64,000 bases of DNA from Muribaculaceae bacterium. GTDB lineage: Bacteria; Bacteroidota; Bacteroidia; Bacteroidales; Muribaculaceae. Made by a program: the position numbers and the translations under genes. The notes below the pieces were generated by a model that searched no databases, was not told the origin of the DNA, and saw nothing but the letters and a program-made list of their open reading frames with translations. Where the stretch lies: NCBI GenBank assembly GCA_017557625.1, contig JAFYYG010000031.1:1547-65546 (forward strand). Reading direction: 5' to 3'. Numbering within the stretch: the stretch's first letter is position 1; each line of letters starts with the position of its first letter. Positions 59,564 through 64,000 of this stretch are shown here, piece after piece.

Positions 59564-59595
59564 AGGGACATCTCTAAGCCAGAGGTGTCCCTTTT
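59564..59595 (+). terminator. Intrinsic terminator of the capsid-like gene
   Basis: agggacatctct-aagcc-agaggtgtccct followed by ttt. Confidence 0.75.
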
Positions 59596-59729
59596 CTTTA
59601 GGATGGCACGCTCGATTGTTCGATTACTCGAATGCTCGATTGCTCGTTTCTCTGAGTTGGGAGAGTGATTTCTTTCACTATAAAATTTGGCTGAATCAAA
59701 ATTTTTATAGAAATTTGTCCCACCAAAAA

Positions 59730-60614
59730 ATGACACGCGAACGTAAAATACAGAAAGTCACCCTTGTGGGCTGTTTGGGCAATGTGGTGCTGATGGTGTG
59801 CAAACTCATTGCGGGCATTGTGGGACACAGTTCGGCGATGATTGCCGATGCCGTACACTCGCTCTCCGACTTCGTCACTGATATTATCGTCCTTACCTTT
59901 GTCAGCGTCAGTGCCAAGCCTCAGGATAAATCGCACGACTACGGGCATGGCAAGTTTGAGACCATCGCCACGTTCTTTATCGGCATTGCTCTGATAGCGG
60001 CAGCCACAGGAATAATCATCTCGGGAATAATAAGCCTGGTGGAGTGGGCTAAAGGTGGAGACTTGGAGGCACCAGGCAAGTTGGCACTATGGGCTGCCCT
60101 CTTTTCCATAGCCGTCAAGGAAGCACTTTATCAATACACCGCCTATCACGGCAAGAAGCTCAACTCCCAGGCGGTGATTGCCAACGCTTGGCACCACCGC
60201 AGCGACGCTCTTTCGTCGATAGCCGCAGCCATTGGCATTGGCGGGGCAATCATGCTCGGCGACCGCTGGACGGTGCTCGACCCGCTGGCGTCGGTGATAG
60301 TGGGTATTGTGCTGATAAAGGTGGCGGTAGAGTTGCTGAAAACCAGCGTCAACGAACTCACCGAGAGTTCTCTGCCGCAAGACACCGAGCAGGAGATTGA
60401 GGATATTATCACCTCTTTTCCAGAGATTAGCGAGCCTCACAACCTGCGCACGCGCCGCATAGGTAACCGCATCGCCATCGAGGTGCACATCCGCATGGAT
60501 GGCGCAATGACGCTGCAGGCCTCCCACGACCTCGCCACACAGGTGGAGCAGAAGCTAAAAGACCGCTTCGGCGACGATACCCACATCACCATCCACGTAG
60601 AGCCAGCAAAGTAG
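59730..60614 (+). CDS. Cation diffusion facilitator (FieF-like) transporter
   Basis: IADAVHSLSD, HDYGHGKFE, ANAWHHRSDALSS, HNLRTRRIG, TIHVEP. Confidence 0.94.
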   Translation: MTRERKIQKVTLVGCLGNVVLMVCKLIAGIVGHSSAMIADAVHSLSDFVTDIIVLTFVSVSAKPQDKSHDYGHGKFETIATFFIGIALIAAATGIIISGIISLVEWAKGGDLEAPGKLALWAALFSIAVKEALYQYTAYHGKKLNSQAVIANAWHHRSDALSSIAAAIGIGGAIMLGDRWTVLDPLASVIVGIVLIKVAVELLKTSVNELTESSLPQDTEQEIEDIITSFPEISEPHNLRTRRIGNRIAIEVHIRMDGAMTLQASHDLATQVEQKLKDRFGDDTHITIHVEPAK

Positions 60615-60866
60615 TTCATAGTTTTTAGTTCACAGTTCATAGTTTTTTCTAGACAGTCTAGAATTTCTAGACCTTCTAGATTATCTAGCGGATGAGGCAG
60701 GCCTCGTCCCCACTAAACTCTAAACTTTCAAGCTCGTGAGCGAGCTTGAACTTTTGTCTATTAATTTCCCACATTCCTCTATGTGATGCTTTGGTTTGGT
60801 CTAATAGTGGCGATATTGTTATAGAAAAGTGGTGTCTATTATGAAAATATACACTATCTTTGCACT

Positions 60867-61970
60867 ATGGGAAAGAAGTTTACATTTAATAGGGCTACCT
60901 TGATTCATGTGCTATGCTGGGGATTGGTGCTGGCGTTTCCGCTGTTCATGTATCGCCAGAACGACACGATGACCGATGCCGTCAGGCACTATCTGCGTTC
61001 GCTGGGTGGAACGTTATGCTACATGATAATATTCTACCTTAACTATATCTATCTGGTGCCCAAGCTGCTCTTCTTAAATAAGCGCAAGCGGTTTGTGTTT
61101 TATAATGTTATAGCGATATTTGTGCTTGTTGCTGCCATGACATGGTGGTGGCATCTGATGGGCGACCTGTTCCCAAACTCTAATCCCAAGCTTCCGTTTA
61201 ACGCGCCGCCCAAGTGGACACGCTTTGTGCAGATGTCGTTTATGCTGATACTCGTGATAGGCCTCAGTGCCGCCATTCGCATGAGCCAGCGATGGCAGAA
61301 GCTGCAAGAGGCGAAGAAAGAGGCGGAGCGCATTCGCACCGATGCCGAGCTCAAGAACCTGCGCAACCAGCTCAACCCTCACTTCCTGCTCAACACCTTG
61401 AACAACATCTACGCCCTTATCGCTTTCGACCCCGAGAAGGCGCAGGTGGCTGTAGGCGAGCTCAGCAAGCTGCTGCGCCACGCTCTCTACGACAATCAGA
61501 AGCACTTTGTGCCTTTATATAAAGAGGTGGAATTTATCGAGAACTATATCGACCTGATGAAGATGCGCGTGACCAACAACGTGAAAATCAACACCAACAT
61601 CGACATCGATGAGGACGACTCCACGCCCATCGCTCCGCTGATTTTCATCTCGCTCATTGAGAATGCCTTCAAGCACGGCATCTCGCAGGCGGGAGACGGG
61701 GAAATCGACATCACTATCACCAACAAGGACGATAGAATCTCCTGCGAGATTGTCAATACCAATCACCCAAAGCGCGACAATGACAAGAGCGGTTCGGGAA
61801 TAGGCCTCGAGCAGGTCGCCAGACGACTCGAACTCATGTACCCAGGCCGCTACAAATGGGAAAAGGGCATAGACACTGAGACTAATAAATATTTTTCTAA
61901 AATAGTATTACGAAATGCGAGGAACGAGGAACGGGAATCAGGGAGAGTGAATCCAACCAATAACCAATAA
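60867..61970 (+). CDS. LytS-type sensor histidine kinase
   Basis: Four TM segments; AELKNLRNQLNPHFLLNTLNNIY, IENAFKHG, SGIGL. Confidence 0.93.
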   Translation: MGKKFTFNRATLIHVLCWGLVLAFPLFMYRQNDTMTDAVRHYLRSLGGTLCYMIIFYLNYIYLVPKLLFLNKRKRFVFYNVIAIFVLVAAMTWWWHLMGDLFPNSNPKLPFNAPPKWTRFVQMSFMLILVIGLSAAIRMSQRWQKLQEAKKEAERIRTDAELKNLRNQLNPHFLLNTLNNIYALIAFDPEKAQVAVGELSKLLRHALYDNQKHFVPLYKEVEFIENYIDLMKMRVTNNVKINTNIDIDEDDSTPIAPLIFISLIENAFKHGISQAGDGEIDITITNKDDRISCEIVNTNHPKRDNDKSGSGIGLEQVARRLELMYPGRYKWEKGIDTETNKYFSKIVLRNARNEERESGRVNPTNNQ

Positions 61971-61990
61971 CCGATAACCAATAACCGACA

Positions 61991-62698
61991 ATGATAATCA
62001 AATGCGCAATAATCGATGATGAGCCGCTGGCGGTGGAGCTGCTGGTGAGCTATGTGAAGAAAATACCGTTTATGGAGTTGCACGGCAAGTATTCCAATGC
62101 CGTTGACGCGATGAAAGGCATCGCTGAGGGCCCGGTGGATGTGGTGTTTCTCGACATTCAGATGCCGGAGCTGAACGGGCTGGAGCTCTCGAAGATGCTG
62201 CCCGAGGCGACGCGCGTGGTGTTCACCACGGCTTTTGACCAGTATGCCATCGACGGCTACCGCATCAACGCCCTCGACTACCTGCTCAAGCCCATCTCCT
62301 ATCCCGAGTTCCTTGAGGCCTGCAATAAGGCGTTGCAGTGGTTCACTATGGTGCAGCAGGCCGAGGAGTCGAAAGAGCCCGAGGCAACTAGTATCTTCGT
62401 CAAGAGCGAGTATAAGCTGCTGCAAATCGACCTCGACGACATCCGCTACATCGAGGGATTGAAGGACTATGTGAAAATCTACACCGAGCAGTCTCAGCAT
62501 CCCATCCTCTCGCTCATGAACATGAAGGCGATGGAGCAGATGCTGCCAGCCTCGCGATTTATCAGGGTGCACCGCTCCTATATCGTTCAGAAGAGCAAAA
62601 TCAAGGAGATAGACCGCAACCGCATCGTCTTTGGCGATGTCTATATCCCCATAGGCGACAGCTATAAGCAAGCCTTCCAGGACTTCTTGGGGAGATAG
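61991..62698 (+). CDS. LytTR-family response regulator
   Basis: IIDDEPLA, FLDIQMP, DYLLKP, FIRVHRSYIV. Confidence 0.95.
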   Translation: MIIKCAIIDDEPLAVELLVSYVKKIPFMELHGKYSNAVDAMKGIAEGPVDVVFLDIQMPELNGLELSKMLPEATRVVFTTAFDQYAIDGYRINALDYLLKPISYPEFLEACNKALQWFTMVQQAEESKEPEATSIFVKSEYKLLQIDLDDIRYIEGLKDYVKIYTEQSQHPILSLMNMKAMEQMLPASRFIRVHRSYIVQKSKIKEIDRNRIVFGDVYIPIGDSYKQAFQDFLGR

Positions 62699-62716
62699 TC
62701 CACATAAACGTCTGAA

Positions 62717-63076
62717 ATGAAAAGATTTGTCACATTAATCGCGTTGTTGATGGTAACAGTTGGCAGTATAGTTGCCCATCATGTCTATAAAGGCAACTAT
62801 ACGAGTTATACTGATATCGTTTATACCTACGACGATAAGCACATCTACTGCGGCAATTCCACATCCTATACCGACATCGTATATACCTACGATGACCGTC
62901 ACATCTACCGCGGCAATTCCACAAGCTACATCGACATCGTCTATACCTACGACAGCCATCACATTTATCGCGGCAACTCCACAAGTTACACCGATATCGT
63001 CTATACCTACGATGACAAGCACATCTATCGTGGGAACTCCACAAGCTATATCGACATAGTTTATACATTTGACTAA
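62717..63076 (+). CDS. Small secreted protein made of five 19-aa repeats
   Basis: Signal peptide followed by (HIYRGNSTSYTDIVYTYDD)x5; 57-bp DNA period. Confidence 0.78.
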   Translation: MKRFVTLIALLMVTVGSIVAHHVYKGNYTSYTDIVYTYDDKHIYCGNSTSYTDIVYTYDDRHIYRGNSTSYIDIVYTYDSHHIYRGNSTSYTDIVYTYDDKHIYRGNSTSYIDIVYTFD

Positions 63077-63097
63077 CCACCTAAAACAACAACTGTA

Positions 63098-63475
63098 ATG
63101 AAAAGAATACTCTTAATTGCGACAATCGTGATGGCTGTCTTGCCGGCAGTGGCTCAGAAACATGAGCGCCACATCTTTGAGGGCAAGTCAACGAAGTATT
63201 GGGATATCGTTTATACCTTCGACGACAAGCACATATACAAGGGCAAGTCAACTAAATACTGGGACATCATCTACACCTACGACGACAAGCACATATACAA
63301 AGGCGACTCCACCAAGTATTGGGATATCGTCTATACCTACGATGAGGAACACATCTACAAAGGCGACTCCACAAAATACTGGGATATCGTCTATACCTAC
63401 GACAAAGAGCACATCTATAAAGGCAAGTCCAAGAAATACTGGGATGTCATCTACACGATAGAGAAAGAGGAATAG
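63098..63475 (+). CDS. Small secreted protein made of five 19-aa repeats (paralogue)
   Basis: Signal peptide followed by (HIYKG[KD]STKYWDIVYTYD.)x5. Confidence 0.8.
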   Translation: MKRILLIATIVMAVLPAVAQKHERHIFEGKSTKYWDIVYTFDDKHIYKGKSTKYWDIIYTYDDKHIYKGDSTKYWDIVYTYDEEHIYKGDSTKYWDIVYTYDKEHIYKGKSKKYWDVIYTIEKEE

Positions 63476-63728
63476 TGTAGCAACTTTTCCGCGTTTGCGC
63501 GGCTCTACAAAGGAAAAATGCCTGGAGCTATCAAAAGCCCCAAGCATTTTTGTCTCAAGCTCCTGCGCCAGACCACGGCGGAGCCGTGGTACAGGGAACT
63601 GCTTTTAGGACGGCATGGATAGAGTATCAGCCCATTTTTTATCAAACAAAGTCAACCAAGAGGAACAAATTCAACAATAATATTGTTTCCTTGATTTTTG
63701 GACTTGTTGTTTTTGTATGGTTTTGAAT

Positions 63729-63789
63729 AAAATGCTCACGCTCGGAAAGCATTAAGCAAGCTTAGCCTTATCTCGCTTAATCGCATTTT
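63729..63789 (-). repeat. AAAATGC...GCATTTT element, copy 3 (inverted)
   Basis: aaaatgctcacgctcggaaagcattaagcaagcttagccttatctcgcttaatcgcatttt. Confidence 0.75.
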
Positions 63790-63879
63790 TGTTGTTTTTG
63801 TTTGATAAGAGTAACAGGGTTAAATTTTAGAGTCAAAGGCTCTCTAATTTCCTGCGCCAGCAGGCTATGTGTTATAGCA

Positions 63880-63920
63880 GATTAGCCGCCTCGTGCATGG
63901 CTGCAAGGGCGGCTAATATC
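63880..63920 (-). terminator. Terminator hairpin for the gene at the window edge
   Basis: attagccgcc...ggcggctaat. Confidence 0.55.
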
Positions 63921-63943
63921 GTCAGTGTCGAAATCACCAAAGG

Positions 63944-64000
63944 TTACTTCTTGTCTTCTTTCTTGTCTTTCTTGAAGTAGTCGTTATACATCTTAATGCA
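63944..64000 (-). CDS. 3' end of a gene (partial)
   Basis: ...CIKMYNDYFKKDKKEDKK*. Confidence 0.5.
   Translation of the reverse strand, partial: CIKMYNDYFKKDKKEDKK

Noticed and set aside
59475-59729. N-terminal extension of the CDF transporter
   Set aside because: Crosses the capsid stop codon, terminator and octamer repeats; ATG 59730 fits the family length
55051-60614. Complete or cryptic prophage around the capsid gene
   Set aside because: Both flanks are intact host genes; no integrase, att repeats, terminase, portal or tail remnants were seen
62779-63460. 57-bp periodic repeats as a CRISPR array
   Set aside because: No unique spacers; the period is a multiple of 3 with mostly synonymous variation inside ORFs that have signal peptides; no cas genes

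Overview
Chromosomal window of a Bacteroidales bacterium. The TAnnTTTG promoters, T9SS-type C-terminal tails and a non-cellulosomal dockerin point to a rumen/gut Muribaculaceae- or Prevotella-like host (inference). The backbone is housekeeping: rpmB-rpmG-DUF4295, cdd, ribH, murF, lepB-wbqC, a CAT-anticodon tRNA (probably Ile2), tamB, sufE, a ppiD/surA-like gene, two POT transporters, a PatA/PatB-like MBOAT+SGNH pair and LytS/LytTR. AT-rich single-gene insertions and many small intergenic repeats (7-10 bp tandem runs, nested palindromic MITE/REP-like elements) are interspersed. The most striking feature is an isolated, intact two-gene unit at 57498-59526: a scaffold-like protein plus an HK97-fold (SU10/DUF5309-like) major capsid protein with a hydrophobic N-terminus. 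It has its own host-type promoter and terminator, and no other phage gene is recognisable in 64 kb, so it is a candidate domesticated capsid system. Second are two solo AAA-ATPase/PD-(D/E)XK genes, each with its own palindromic DNA motif, plus an orphan copy of one motif. Other points are a duplicated Na/Pi-transporter 3' fragment bracketing an AT-rich gene, a candidate small RNA and two secreted 19-aa repeat proteins. All calls come from motif recognition by eye; no database searches were run.
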